Positions 1-9,476 of a stretch of DNA of 31,612 nt are shown here, one piece after another; the stretch's first letter is position 1; every line of letters starts with the position of its first letter. The stretch covers positions 1-31,612 of the IMG/VR virus record IMGVR_UViG_3300011335_000564, one strand, 5' to 3'. Position numbers and translations under genes: made by a program. Source of the DNA: a virus. Lineage: Duplodnaviria; Caudoviricetes. Under the pieces are notes generated by a model. It saw only the letters and a list, made by a program, of their open reading frames with translations. It was not told where the DNA came from and searched no databases.

Positions 1-542
1 TCCCAATCGTCTAGGTCGTAGTAATTAGGCACCACCCACTCGTAGTTTTTACCGTTGCGTCCTTCCTTGCCTTGGTGGTAGTGCATCCATGCGTAGCTTT
101 CAAAGATACGAAAACTATTAGGCATCAAAGTTGGATAGCCGATTCCTGTTTCAACATGTTGGTGATTTGGAAACTCAACCATGAGCTGCTGATGCGCATG
201 ACCAAACGGATGGCAGATAATGTCTTGTGGCTGCAGGCGTTCCCGCAGCGCCGGGATTAAACGTTGTTCAAAGAGCTTGTGAGCGTCGCTGCCGATAGTG
301 GCATCGTTACCGTGGAAATCAGTATCACTACGATTGAACAGGACGTTGAAGTCAATCGCATCCAGCATGGTGACTTGCTCGTTGGCACTGCTTTCACTGC
401 CGGCGTTACTGTACTCAATAACCTCATAACCTTGACCCTGCATCATCTTGGGGAAGCGCAGCGCCTTGCCTGTGAATGCACAATGAGAATATGCCTTGGT
501 GTGTTGGGTGTGAAAAATACCAATTAAATGCAGACGTGGCAT
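1..542 (-). CDS. Putative GT-B/GT4 (RfaG-like) glycosyltransferase, N-terminal part; runs off the window edge
   Basis: Not in the ORF track. Manual translation from ATG 542 is open to base 1: MPRLHLIGIFHTQHTKAYSHCAFTGKALRFPKMMQGQGYEVIEY...VETGIGYP...RIFESYAWMHY...VVPNYYDLDDW. This resembles N-terminal domains of phage GT4 enzymes. The ATG directly abuts the upstream TAA. Confidence 0.7.
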   Translation of the reverse strand, partial: MPRLHLIGIFHTQHTKAYSHCAFTGKALRFPKMMQGQGYEVIEYSNAGSESSANEQVTMLDAIDFNVLFNRSDTDFHGNDATIGSDAHKLFEQRLIPALRERLQPQDIICHPFGHAHQQLMVEFPNHQHVETGIGYPTLMPNSFRIFESYAWMHYHQGKEGRNGKNYEWVVPNYYDLDDW

Positions 543-695
543 TTACTGCTCTTCCGCTGGTTCTGTGTGAATCTGGTACACATTATCAGAATCAGCCACT
601 GCGGTGCAACCTTCAGGTGGTCGCCAGTCAGATTCGCCATCCCAAACAACGCGGTTGACGCACTTACCTTCTGAATCAAGAATTGCATAAATCAT
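543..695 (-). CDS. Small tail-fibre-associated (assembly/chaperone-like) protein, 50 aa
   Basis: Manual translation MIYAILDSEGKCVNRVVWDGESDWRPPEGCTAVADSDNVYQIHTEPAEEQ*. It starts 2 nt after the fibre stop and its stop abuts the next ATG. Small proteins of this style commonly follow Gly-rich fibres. Confidence 0.65.
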   Translation of the reverse strand: MIYAILDSEGKCVNRVVWDGESDWRPPEGCTAVADSDNVYQIHTEPAEEQ

Positions 696-697
696 GG

Positions 698-2710
698 TTA
701 CCAGCTCCAAACGCGAACATAGCCATCGCCGCCCGTACCACCAGCACCTGAAGTGCCACCAGCACCGCCGCCACCACCGCCGCCACCACCAGGTACTGCG
801 CCGGCGCCGCCAGATCCGGCAGTGGTATTGGTGCTACTGCCGCCACCGCCACCACCGTCTCCCTTGGTTAATCCGGCACCACCTGAGTTGCCAGCAGTGC
901 CTATTGCACCACCGCCCGAGAGTGACAATTGAGCGCTGGCACTGTTTTTTTGTTCGCTAAAACCTTGGCCCCCAGCACCACCACTGCTTGTTGCGTTTGC
1001 AATAGTAACACCACCTCCAGCGCCACCGCCAGCAGGCCCCAGATTGGCTCTACTCCCCCCAGTGCCACTACCACCTGTAGCAGAACCTGTTCCACCTGCA
1101 CCTGCAAATACAGGGCCTGAGTCACCATAGTAAGAAATAGCGCCCCCAGTACCTCCCGTAGTACTAGTACCGCCGGTGCCGCCCGCTGTAGCAGGAGTAA
1201 TCAATAAACTACCAAAAGAAGAAGATCCCCCACTGGTTCCAGTCGCACCGTTTTGGTTTGTTGTTCGTGCAGCTCCACCGGGGCCCCCAGCGCCCACGGT
1301 GATTGTTTCAGTGGCGCTAGCGGCTGAAGCCGGCGTCCAAAGGCTAACAAACTTTCCACCCGCACCGCCGCCGCCACCATTTCGTTCAATTGTCAGGCTT
1401 GAATTATCACGATGACCACTACCGCCACCGCCACCGCCACTGACGCACTCGACGTAAATAAACGTCACACCAGCGGGCTTGGTCCAAGTGCCACTGGTTA
1501 GAAATTCTTGGTAGTCAGCAGATACAGTGCCCGGTCCTGTAGCACCCGTTGCGCCAACTCCAGTGGCACCAGTTACTCCGATAACACCTGTAGCACCTGT
1601 GACGCCTACTGGTCCTTGGATGCCAGTTGCTCCAGTTATTCCTATTGGTCCAGTTTCGCCGATAACACCAGTAGCACCAGTGATTCCAATAGGGCCTGTA
1701 GCTCCGCTAACGCCGACTACCCCTGTTGCGCCTGTGATTCCAACCGGGCCAGTTTCGCCAACCACGCCAGTCGCACCACTGACGCCTACTGGACCAGTGG
1801 CACCAGTTGCTCCGCTGACGCCAATGACACCGGTAGCTCCGGTAGCTCCACTAACTCCCGCTGGGCCAGTAGCGCCTGATGCCCCAATTGCTCCAGTGGG
1901 ACCTTGCACCCCCGTAGCACCTGTTACGCCGATGGGGCCAGTTGCCCCGGTGCTGCCGATGGGACCTGTTTCGCCAATAACACCAGTAGGCCCAGAAGGC
2001 CCTTGAACTCCTGTTGCTCCCGTGACACCTGTAACACCAATAACACCAGTAGCTCCACTAACTCCTATGGGACCTGTTGGGCCTGTTACACCTTGTATCC
2101 CGGTGGCACCCTGAATACCTGTGGAACCTTGAACACCTGTCGCTCCAGTAACACCAGTGGCACCTGTTGCACCTTGAGGACCAGTAGCTCCTTGAACGCC
2201 AGTGGCTCCTTGTACACCCGTTGCTCCTGTAATGCCAATACCAGTAGCACCTGTTGCGCCTGTAATACCAATACCTGTGGCCCCTGTTACACCTGTTGCA
2301 CCACCAGGACTCCCAGTAGGTCCTGTTGCACCAATCATGTTATATACTTTCTCCAGGCCAATGGCGTCGTAGACCGCCCAACTACCATCCTGCCTAAGGA
2401 TAAGTTCTTCTTCTGTTGCTAATGTTCCCTGCCAAATTGTGACAGTATCTACTCCATCAAAATGATTAACTGTTAAAAAATTTGAAGAAGCGTCTTCATT
2501 CTTAATGTAAATAGTTCTTACATTACGTTGAATAGAAGCACTTGGCGAAGGGACTATAACAGTAGTTGTCGCCGTAGTAATAGTTGTATTTTCTCTTACG
2601 GGAGTAACGACCCCACTTTGGTTATCAACAAAAGATGCATGAACCTCTACCAGGCCAGAGGATGCTGTGACCAAACGCACTTCGTCAGATGTAGAAGTTA
2701 ATAGAAGCAT
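698..2710 (-). CDS. Collagen-like tail/capsid fibre with Gly-X-Thr repeats and Gly-rich C-terminal domain
   Basis: 670 aa: beta-rich N-terminus, about 265 aa of G-A-T/G-V-T/G-P-T triplets, then '[33 protein letters not shown]...[11 protein letters not shown]', typical of phage glycine-rich fibre tips. Confidence 0.85.
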   Translation of the reverse strand: MLLLTSTSDEVRLVTASSGLVEVHASFVDNQSGVVTPVRENTTITTATTTVIVPSPSASIQRNVRTIYIKNEDASSNFLTVNHFDGVDTVTIWQGTLATEEELILRQDGSWAVYDAIGLEKVYNMIGATGPTGSPGGATGVTGATGIGITGATGATGIGITGATGVQGATGVQGATGPQGATGATGVTGATGVQGSTGIQGATGIQGVTGPTGPIGVSGATGVIGVTGVTGATGVQGPSGPTGVIGETGPIGSTGATGPIGVTGATGVQGPTGAIGASGATGPAGVSGATGATGVIGVSGATGATGPVGVSGATGVVGETGPVGITGATGVVGVSGATGPIGITGATGVIGETGPIGITGATGIQGPVGVTGATGVIGVTGATGVGATGATGPGTVSADYQEFLTSGTWTKPAGVTFIYVECVSGGGGGGSGHRDNSSLTIERNGGGGGAGGKFVSLWTPASAASATETITVGAGGPGGAARTTNQNGATGTSGGSSSFGSLLITPATAGGTGGTSTTGGTGGAISYYGDSGPVFAGAGGTGSATGGSGTGGSRANLGPAGGGAGGGVTIANATSSGGAGGQGFSEQKNSASAQLSLSGGGAIGTAGNSGGAGLTKGDGGGGGGSSTNTTAGSGGAGAVPGGGGGGGGGAGGTSGAGGTGGDGYVRVWSW
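1530..2330 (-). repeat. Degenerate coding tandem repeat (collagen Gly-X-Y triplets)
   Basis: 9/18-nt periodicity (e.g. 'ccagtagcacc', 'cctgttgcacc') with synonymous divergence. Boundaries approximate. Confidence 0.85.
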
Positions 2711-2754
2711 GGATATGTAATGTTTACTTGTCTGTTTATTTTAAACGAAGGGTG

Positions 2755-4392
2755 TCAATTGCCAGGTTTTTCACCCAATGCTGGAACGTACGGGATATTG
2801 TTTTTATCGTACATGGTAAAACCATTAATTTTTATGTACGTCAAGGGTATGTTAAACAGTCTTTGCAGCATAGGTTGCATCATCTGTGCCTGGCAATTAT
2901 AAGGAGGTACATCCATGTATGAAAGTGACTGCCTAGCAAGTTCCCTGTCAATTTTCTTTTGTGCTTCTTCATTTTCAGCTACTAACTTTTGTTCCCACGC
3001 TGTCATATCTGTTATTTCAACTGGAAAATCTGAGGGCTCGGGAGGGAAGATGCCATCCCTAAACCGTAGAGCATATATGTGTTTGCAGTAGCGAAGCTCA
3101 TCGAGCAAAGGAGACCATATATCAGTAAAGGATGTGATTACATTTGCTGTAGCTTTGTAATCATTGTAACCAGGCATGCCTTCTGCCTTGGAACCACTGA
3201 GGCCAGGACTTCCAGTTGATCTTAGATACAACGAACCAAATTCCCTGTAGACACCAGGGTTGTCTCGTGTTGCCTGAGCATCAACGGCTCTCTCCGTTGT
3301 GATTGTATCTGACACAGCAAAGTTCTCCCCTGGGGCAATAATTTGCAAGATGCGATCTACTTCCGCATCGGTCATAGAAGCATTATCTTCAATCCCTAGA
3401 GATCTGAGGATCTCATACCTACCAGGCTTGACACTTGCAATGGAAGTACGTGGGAATGCTTTTTTGTTACTAGAGCCAAGATTTAACATATAGCTGTAAT
3501 CTCGTCTATTGAAATCTTGACATGTGCAGCAATATCTTGGACCTGTAATGAAGTAACGTCCGATACTGGGTGGTTTGGTTGCAGGCGTTACCAATACACG
3601 GTCTGGGGTTGCTTCTACGGACCCCTCCTTTTTAAGTGTTAATATTCCAGTCTCTTCATCTGTGTCAACCAAGACGGCTTGTACGTAGCCATAACGAGTT
3701 TGCTCTAGTGGATTAACAGAGTCCCTATCAATCACGATTCCATCCTTTGCGATGATTCTATCTTCAAGCACCTCACCATTCAAAGCTTTTAATCCTTCAA
3801 GAGAGGGTCCCAGGTTTACGTATAGAGGAGCAGGTAATTTGTTTGAAGAGTTCCAGGCTCCATTTAATTTCACATACCAATAGTCAGCGTCTTCAGTTAT
3901 TGATTCAATGTAAAGATCAATTGCTTCACTCTTGCTTTCATCATCCCACCATTGACCAACATTCTCGTAATCAGTGAATTGCGCATCTAACCAATAATCG
4001 GACTGTAATATTGCATAGGCATTTACCTGATCGAACCTAACGCTACCTTCTTTTTTAGCGCCGGCCCAATGGACGTGAAACTCTTTACTTGTAGTGGGGT
4101 AGCCTACAAATGTCCCGTTTATGTCGGGGTAAGAAGTACCTGCTGGCAAAAAACCATCAGGAAAAGGTACGGTGTATTTGAAATTGTACGTATAGTTTTG
4201 ATTGTGAACAGAAGCCGTAGCTAGCTCATATCCACGGCGCCATCTAGACCAAGTTGACTCTCGGTTTGATGTGTATAAAGAATCAGGAATACTACCTTTA
4301 GAGAACTCAGTGGTAATGGGTTTTACACCATTAACTCCAAAAGGCTTTGAGGCCTGGAACGAACCAAAGGTAGTACCTGATTGCTTAGCCAT
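2755..4392 (-). CDS. Putative tail/virion protein with split SWIM-type Zn finger
   Basis: 545 aa, with YCCTCQDF (C289,C291) and YCKHIYAL (C436,H438). Lies in the tail module. Confidence 0.55.
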   Translation of the reverse strand: MAKQSGTTFGSFQASKPFGVNGVKPITTEFSKGSIPDSLYTSNRESTWSRWRRGYELATASVHNQNYTYNFKYTVPFPDGFLPAGTSYPDINGTFVGYPTTSKEFHVHWAGAKKEGSVRFDQVNAYAILQSDYWLDAQFTDYENVGQWWDDESKSEAIDLYIESITEDADYWYVKLNGAWNSSNKLPAPLYVNLGPSLEGLKALNGEVLEDRIIAKDGIVIDRDSVNPLEQTRYGYVQAVLVDTDEETGILTLKKEGSVEATPDRVLVTPATKPPSIGRYFITGPRYCCTCQDFNRRDYSYMLNLGSSNKKAFPRTSIASVKPGRYEILRSLGIEDNASMTDAEVDRILQIIAPGENFAVSDTITTERAVDAQATRDNPGVYREFGSLYLRSTGSPGLSGSKAEGMPGYNDYKATANVITSFTDIWSPLLDELRYCKHIYALRFRDGIFPPEPSDFPVEITDMTAWEQKLVAENEEAQKKIDRELARQSLSYMDVPPYNCQAQMMQPMLQRLFNIPLTYIKINGFTMYDKNNIPYVPALGEKPGN

Positions 4393-4395
4393 TGA

Positions 4396-5181
4396 TCAAT
4401 AGAAACCACCTTGCGCATAAACGTGTGCACCAGGGGTATAGCCAAGGCTGTTGGGTCCATCTGGGAATACACCGACGTAAATACGGTCGCCTCGTTCCAG
4501 GTAGATTCCTTTGTTACGTAGTGGGGCAGTCTCACCTAGACCGGTGGTATTACCCGCTGTAACAACAGGAGTAGCAAGGGCAGGCATTACATCACCGCAG
4601 TCAACCTGCTGGGTGTTAGCTGGAACTTTTTTAGTGAACAAAATTTTGTAGTCGCCACTTGCCGGGATAGGTGTGGTGGTACCACGAGTTTGATAGAAGA
4701 CAAAGTTTACAGCCGGTTGGTAGGCGTAAATTGTTCCGCCATAACTAAAACCTGAAGCTACCCCGGTGGAGTAAAGAATAGCAGTGTTGATTCCAGTGAG
4801 GGTGCCCGATCCTGTGTAGGTATAGAACCCAGCACCCGCAAAGGGCGCTCCTACGCCCGTAAGGATACCGGTACTGACGATCTGAGCGATCTGTCCACTG
4901 ACAAAGCTGATGGGCGTACCAGAGGTGCCAGAGCTTACCGTATGGTCTACGTCACGGTAGTCATCATTACGGACAATGGTGATCGAATCAATTACGCCGC
5001 CGCTATTGTTGTCTTCGCTCAGGTTGGCATCCATGTCAACCAGGATTGCCGGTGCTTGCCCACCTTGTACAAACAGAGTGTTCGTTGCTTGGTTACCAGC
5101 GATCTGGGTAGTTACTCGTACCGAATCGAATAGAGGACGGTCAATCAGCAAGGGCTGCTTGTTTGTGGCTGTCGACGACAT
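4396..5181 (-). CDS. Putative tail/structural protein
   Basis: 261 aa, Thr/Gly-rich beta-type composition ending 'GIYLERGDRIYVGV...VYAQGGFY'. Tightly coupled to its neighbour; TATAAT upstream. Confidence 0.55.
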   Translation of the reverse strand: MSSTATNKQPLLIDRPLFDSVRVTTQIAGNQATNTLFVQGGQAPAILVDMDANLSEDNNSGGVIDSITIVRNDDYRDVDHTVSSGTSGTPISFVSGQIAQIVSTGILTGVGAPFAGAGFYTYTGSGTLTGINTAILYSTGVASGFSYGGTIYAYQPAVNFVFYQTRGTTTPIPASGDYKILFTKKVPANTQQVDCGDVMPALATPVVTAGNTTGLGETAPLRNKGIYLERGDRIYVGVFPDGPNSLGYTPGAHVYAQGGFY

Positions 5182-5217
5182 TACCTTACGTGTATCTTTT
5201 GTTTATTATAGGTGGCT

Positions 5218-5466
5218 TTAACCACCCATGTATTGACCTAAGTTCCCAAAGGGAGTATTAGGCATCCTGGCAGTGTCCGTAAACAAAGCTTCTGGATTAG
5301 ATTGGAGAGCAAGGAAACGCTGGAACAAGTCACCTGCTTCTTTACTTTTAAACACACGCTTCTTTTCTTGATTGTAAGCAAGACGTTGTTGTGGATCCAT
5401 GGTGCCATAAGTACCACGGTAGATTTCCCCTGGAGAATAATCGTCGTAATCAACAAAAGAAGCCAT
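5218..5466 (-). CDS. Hypothetical protein, 82 aa
   Basis: TGATG stop/start overlap with the upstream SLT gene; fills the gap in the operon. Confidence 0.7.
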   Translation of the reverse strand: MASFVDYDDYSPGEIYRGTYGTMDPQQRLAYNQEKKRVFKSKEAGDLFQRFLALQSNPEALFTDTARMPNTPFGNLGQYMGG

Positions 5467-6197
5467 CAGCCTGCCACCTCTCTATCTATAAAGAAACGCA
5501 AGAATTCTTCTGGTGGTACCCGGTCTGGATTTCCGAACAAAGGAGATAAGGATTCTTGATTAAAAACCGAAACATCTAACTGACCAGGAACAGAACTTTG
5601 TGGACGCATGAACGTTCCCAGGCCTGTATTTTTAAGCATAAGATTTAACAGGCTGGCACCAAGTTTATTTCCTTGTTCTCTAGGCGCTGGGGTTGTTGTA
5701 GCAGTAGCCGCAGGCAATGTTGCCCCAAACTGTTCTGGTATGTCACCAAGAACACGTTGAGCATTTTTATATAGGTCACCACCTTTTTTAAAACGCGGCA
5801 GAGCACTTGATACTGAAGTACCAAAAGAATCTTTAGCATCTAAGGAAACATTTGGATTGCCACCAAGAACGGTTGCGTAGGCACGTCCAATAGGCATGCC
5901 TGGCTTAAAGCCGCGATCCAGAAAGTATTGAACCACTTTCTCCATCTGGCCAGCCCTTGTTTGTGGGCCAGTGATGCCATATAGTTTTTGTTCGTTTTGA
6001 CCAAACTGGATCAGTCCTTTGTGACGCCCACCAGCACCCCCAACTATGTTGGGGTCCATGTTCATGCCTGATTCCAGGGAGATAAAACCACCGAACTCGT
6101 AAGGATCTAGGCCAAGTCTTTTGGCACCGCTAAACATTGCCATGCGCTCTTCCGGAGGAAGAATACCGACACGTGGTTTGGGTGTAGGACTTGCCAT
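5466..6197 (-). CDS. Virion-associated lytic transglycosylase (SLT/lysozyme-like fold)
   Basis: Catalytic 'ISLESG' (ES) motif followed by 'KGLIQFG' (GLxQ) motif, then an Ala/Thr/Pro linker and a helical tail. Confidence 0.75.
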   Translation of the reverse strand: MASPTPKPRVGILPPEERMAMFSGAKRLGLDPYEFGGFISLESGMNMDPNIVGGAGGRHKGLIQFGQNEQKLYGITGPQTRAGQMEKVVQYFLDRGFKPGMPIGRAYATVLGGNPNVSLDAKDSFGTSVSSALPRFKKGGDLYKNAQRVLGDIPEQFGATLPAATATTTPAPREQGNKLGASLLNLMLKNTGLGTFMRPQSSVPGQLDVSVFNQESLSPLFGNPDRVPPEEFLRFFIDREVAG

Positions 6198-6210
6198 TGA
6201 AATTACTGTT

Positions 6211-6327
6211 TTATTCTCCTACCCAATTTGACTCTGCCTTGAGACCGGGGACAAATACTGCTTGTAGAGCTACAACTAGACTCAGTTTGGCAGTGAGGCG
6301 ACGGACAAAATTACGGCAAAGAATCAT
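6211..6327 (-). CDS. 38-aa sORF resembling a signal peptide with a short tail
   Basis: MILCRNFVRRLTAKLSLVVALQAVFVPGLKAESNWVGE*. It fills the gap between a structured leader and the SLT gene and is below the ORF-track cutoff. Confidence 0.5.
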   Translation of the reverse strand: MILCRNFVRRLTAKLSLVVALQAVFVPGLKAESNWVGE

Positions 6328-6344
6328 TGGTTTTTAGCGGGGAC

Positions 6345-6412
6345 ACTGGTCTCCATAGATCTTGTGATCTGTTACCCAGTAGGTGGACTTACGCACTAAG
6401 GTGCTGCCAAGT
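6345..6412 (-). ncRNA. Candidate structured 5' leader (two hairpins with internal loops)
   Basis: Minus strand: ACUU-GGCA-GCAC(CUUA)GUGC-GU-AAGU and ACUGG-GUAAC-AGAUC(ACAA)GAUCU-AUGGAGA-CCAGU. It begins about 6 nt after a TAGACT -10-like box at 6419-6424. Confidence 0.45.
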
Positions 6413-6432
6413 ACTATTAGTCTAGCAAAAGT

Positions 6433-7797
6433 TTATTTTATTCCCTGTAAAAGAAGACGCTTTTGCAGCTCTTCAATCATTTCTGGAGTAATACCAAAAG
6501 CATTTGGGTCATAACCCGAATCAAGCGTTGCTCTACTAAAATCACCCACTTGATACGGGACTTCATCAGTATTGATTGGAACCACTAATTGATCACCAGT
6601 TGTTTGTGTGGTATTACCGGTTGACATCAAAGGATTAAAAGTTCCTATAGCTCCGCCAGGTTTACCTATTTGTTTTTGTCCGTATTCCTTTTGCCATATT
6701 GCTAAGCCCATGTCACGAACAGCGTTTCTTTCTTCTTGAGTTTTGGCTTTAACTCTGTCCGCTTCATAGCGTTTCAACTCAGGATTCTGAGCTGTTAGTT
6801 GGGCAGTGCGTTGTAACTCTCCCTGGTATGATCGCTCCGCTGGATCCCGTTGATAAGAACGATCTATTTCATTGTCTTGACGTACAGGAACAAATGCATT
6901 AGTAGGAGGGTTTAACGCTCGACCTGTTTTGTAGTCATATTCAATTCCGTTTACTATATAGTTTTGACCAGATTGACGCAATGCATTGGATTCACGAATT
7001 AATCTTGATTCATCTGCGGAACCAGCGGGTGTTGCTCCAAATATTGTTGTGGCCGCAATTTTAGGAAGTATTCCGCCGGGAACATAAGCAGCTATTTCTA
7101 AATTACCTTTAATAGGGTTGCTATCTGGCAAAGCTGAAAGCAACCCACCAACAAGATAGCCTCCGGCGTTAAGGGGGTTTAAAGGATTAACAAATTTACC
7201 AAACTTACCTAAAGCAGTAGTCGGACTACTTGTTGCAAAAGGATTTAATGCCGTTGGGCCAAGACCTTGAAGATTGCGAAACACTCCTTGAGAGGTGTCA
7301 ATACCAGCTTGTGCTTGACGTTGAAGATACCGAGCGTTGCCTTGCAGTAGTGTTAAAGGATCGTTCAAAGGAAATTGAACAGACGTGGGGCCAGGGCGGA
7401 GAGATGCTGCAGTTCGTTGTGTTCCTGAAGTAACATTACTGCCAAACTCTTGCAGAAAACGTTGGGCTCCATCAAGATATCGTGGATTATTAAAACTTTG
7501 TGGGAGATTAATGGAAGGAGCAAACCTTCCAGTTTGTTGCATTACCTGTACTTGCCCAGATAAGCCAGGGCGAAAAGTGCGGGGAGAATTAATTTTCTGA
7601 CTAAACCGAGTTCCAGGTCGAACGACCGCATCTTTTACAGCTCCAACAGATCTAACTAAAGCATTTTCCGTTAAAGTCCCTACTCCGCGAAGCACGGGAG
7701 CTGCCAAGTCGTCAGCAAATCCTTGAACACTACGCACTGCCTGAGGAATAATGCGAGAGCCTGCTTGTTGAAGTAGTTGCTGAATAAACGGGTTCAC
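6433..7797 (-). CDS. Putative internal virion/ejection protein
   Basis: 454 aa, Gln/Gly/Pro-rich with hydrophobic Gly-rich segments and a coiled-coil stretch. GTG start 2 nt after the upstream stop. Confidence 0.5.
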   Translation of the reverse strand: MNPFIQQLLQQAGSRIIPQAVRSVQGFADDLAAPVLRGVGTLTENALVRSVGAVKDAVVRPGTRFSQKINSPRTFRPGLSGQVQVMQQTGRFAPSINLPQSFNNPRYLDGAQRFLQEFGSNVTSGTQRTAASLRPGPTSVQFPLNDPLTLLQGNARYLQRQAQAGIDTSQGVFRNLQGLGPTALNPFATSSPTTALGKFGKFVNPLNPLNAGGYLVGGLLSALPDSNPIKGNLEIAAYVPGGILPKIAATTIFGATPAGSADESRLIRESNALRQSGQNYIVNGIEYDYKTGRALNPPTNAFVPVRQDNEIDRSYQRDPAERSYQGELQRTAQLTAQNPELKRYEADRVKAKTQEERNAVRDMGLAIWQKEYGQKQIGKPGGAIGTFNPLMSTGNTTQTTGDQLVVPINTDEVPYQVGDFSRATLDSGYDPNAFGITPEMIEELQKRLLLQGIK

Positions 7798-7799
7798 AT

Positions 7800-8270
7800 C
7801 TATCTCCAGTTAAGGTTTAAGTAGATACTAGAACCAGTACTTACGTCAGCAGGGCCGGGTAATGCCTGGATGAATTCAGCACCAGAGCGTTCGTAACGGT
7901 ATCTGGCCTGGAACGGATCTTTGTAGTTAGGAACGTAAAGAATATTAGCAAGTCGATTTGTCTCATAGAGATAAATCTCATCCCATACCTTTAATGCTTC
8001 CTTGGCATTGCTAGATCTAATTGTACGATCAACGTCACCAGCAATGTTTTCAATCCGAGTAGAAGGCGAAGTAGCAACTTCGGTTTTCTTTTCGGCGGTA
8101 TCACAGCGACCGACTTGAATGATGATCTTGTCGTAGAAGTAAGAGTCAGGTACTGTGTTTAGGGATTCTTCCAGGCGAGCATAGTCACCTGCTGGGACAG
8201 AAACCACGTAGTAACCAAGGTGGTAACGTACTCTACTTTTATCGAAGTCAGATAGCCTCACTTCTTTCAC
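7800..8270 (-). CDS. Putative head-tail adaptor/connector
   Basis: 156 aa helical protein starting 'LSDFDKSRVRYHLGY', typical of head-completion proteins. Located downstream of the MCP cluster. Confidence 0.6.
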   Translation of the reverse strand: MKEVRLSDFDKSRVRYHLGYYVVSVPAGDYARLEESLNTVPDSYFYDKIIIQVGRCDTAEKKTEVATSPSTRIENIAGDVDRTIRSSNAKEALKVWDEIYLYETNRLANILYVPNYKDPFQARYRYERSGAEFIQALPGPADVSTGSSIYLNLNWR

Positions 8271-8300
8271 TCACTGTGTTTTAATTATACGTTTAGAAAA

Positions 8301-8972
8301 TCAAGCAAATAATTCCATTGTCTGTTGTAATGTGCTGTTTAGTGATTCATAAGGATTTGCGACTGCTGTTTCTTGCTTACGTGCAAGTGCTTGTTGGAGC
8401 AAAGAAGTCGTTAAAACATCTTTCAAAGATGTTTGTTTACCAAATAATGACTCCATTAGGCTGTCTGTATTTTGCTCTGGAGTAGGCAAAATAGGTGCTT
8501 CTGGGGCTGTTGTGCGATTACGTGTGACCGCTGCTTCAGGCAACTCACTCAAATGAAATGTTTGTAATTCGTATGGCCCCGTGCGAAGTGCGGAAACATT
8601 ACCTGCGCTACCTAAACCTACATGCGTGGATATAGATCCGCTACCTAGGAAACGCAAAGAAGTTCCTTCAGGAAATGCGTAGTCTTCACCAAGATGATCT
8701 GTGGATGCACCAGGTGCTGGCGCAGTCCTTTTGCCCATGGGACTTGTAATCTGCGTTGCAGGATTTAAGCTGAAACCTTGGTTTTCTGGACTATAAACAG
8801 ACTGCCAATCCTCTCTGCCTGGCAGTCGAAATTGCAGGTATTGTCCAATATCTTTACGCGCAATCGAAAGAGGAATTGGTTTTCCGTCTTTAGTAAGAGC
8901 AAAATGCGCATGAGGGCCAGTAGAGACGCCTGTGGATCCTACTTTTCCTTTATAAAGTGCGGGACCTGCCAT
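8301..8972 (-). CDS. M23 (LytM-family) metallopeptidase, circularly permuted motif order
   Basis: N-terminal 'GKVGSTGVSTGPHAHF' (HxH), later 'ITSPMGKR...HLGEDY' (HxxxD) and 'GNV...TFHLS'. Confidence 0.8.
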   Translation of the reverse strand: MAGPALYKGKVGSTGVSTGPHAHFALTKDGKPIPLSIARKDIGQYLQFRLPGREDWQSVYSPENQGFSLNPATQITSPMGKRTAPAPGASTDHLGEDYAFPEGTSLRFLGSGSISTHVGLGSAGNVSALRTGPYELQTFHLSELPEAAVTRNRTTAPEAPILPTPEQNTDSLMESLFGKQTSLKDVLTTSLLQQALARKQETAVANPYESLNSTLQQTMELFA

Positions 8973-8992
8973 TATCTTTTTATTTTTAATTC

Positions 8993-9028
8993 TAAAACAA
9001 CAAAACCCCTGGTTTCCCAGAGGTCTTG
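8993..9028 (-). terminator. Rho-independent terminator after the HhH gene
   Basis: Minus strand GACCTCTGG-GAAA-CCAGGGGTT followed by TTGTTGTTTT. Confidence 0.75.
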
Positions 9029-9044
9029 CGTTTGGAGATGAGAA

Positions 9045-9476
9045 TCAAACCCTAATTAAATCAGCGGCAATCACAGCCTCCCAATCGACCCTTTTAATTT
9101 GTTTCAACTGATCGAGACTTGTAAATCTTTCACCCGACAAAGAGAGTTGAAGATCCTTTATTTCTCGAGCAGTTTTCAGACCAATTCCTTTAATGTGGTC
9201 TGCAATCATCTGGGCAGTTGCGCCGTTGATGTTAAGCCTGGTATCAGGAGGAAATACACGTGGCTCCTCCTTTGCTGCTTTGTCTTTTACTTGAAGAGTT
9301 TTGACCTTTTGCGTGGCCTGTTCATCAGGTAGTAACTCAGTCTTGTAAGCGGTGTAAAGGCGACCGTCCTGATCTTCGACCATGAACCAATCGCCTTCAT
9401 CCCACTCACTAACAATACGTACCCGTGCTCCAGTCTTTTTGTGACGATGGAGAATCTCTTCAGTGTTGGTAGGCAT
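9045..9476 (-). CDS. ComEA-like helix-hairpin-helix DNA-binding protein with small N-terminal beta domain
   Basis: 'RLNINGATAQMIADHIKGIGLKTAREI...ERFTSLDQLKQIKRV' matches the ComEA/HhH_3 pattern (iNiN.A...l..lpGIG...A..I......F.s.ddL..v). Confidence 0.75.
   Translation of the reverse strand: MPTNTEEILHRHKKTGARVRIVSEWDEGDWFMVEDQDGRLYTAYKTELLPDEQATQKVKTLQVKDKAAKEEPRVFPPDTRLNINGATAQMIADHIKGIGLKTAREIKDLQLSLSGERFTSLDQLKQIKRVDWEAVIAADLIRV

Noticed and set aside
694-2422. Plus-strand ORFs with PVAPV, His/Arg or Cys/Ser repeats
   Set aside because: These are antisense shadows of the collagen/Gly-rich fibre gene.
3088-3519. Intein within the split SWIM motif
   Set aside because: No Cys/Ser-start block or His-Asn terminus was recognised.
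9045-9260. Photosystem II PsbU auxiliary gene
   Set aside because: No signal peptide, and the GIG hairpin fits ComEA-type HhH better.
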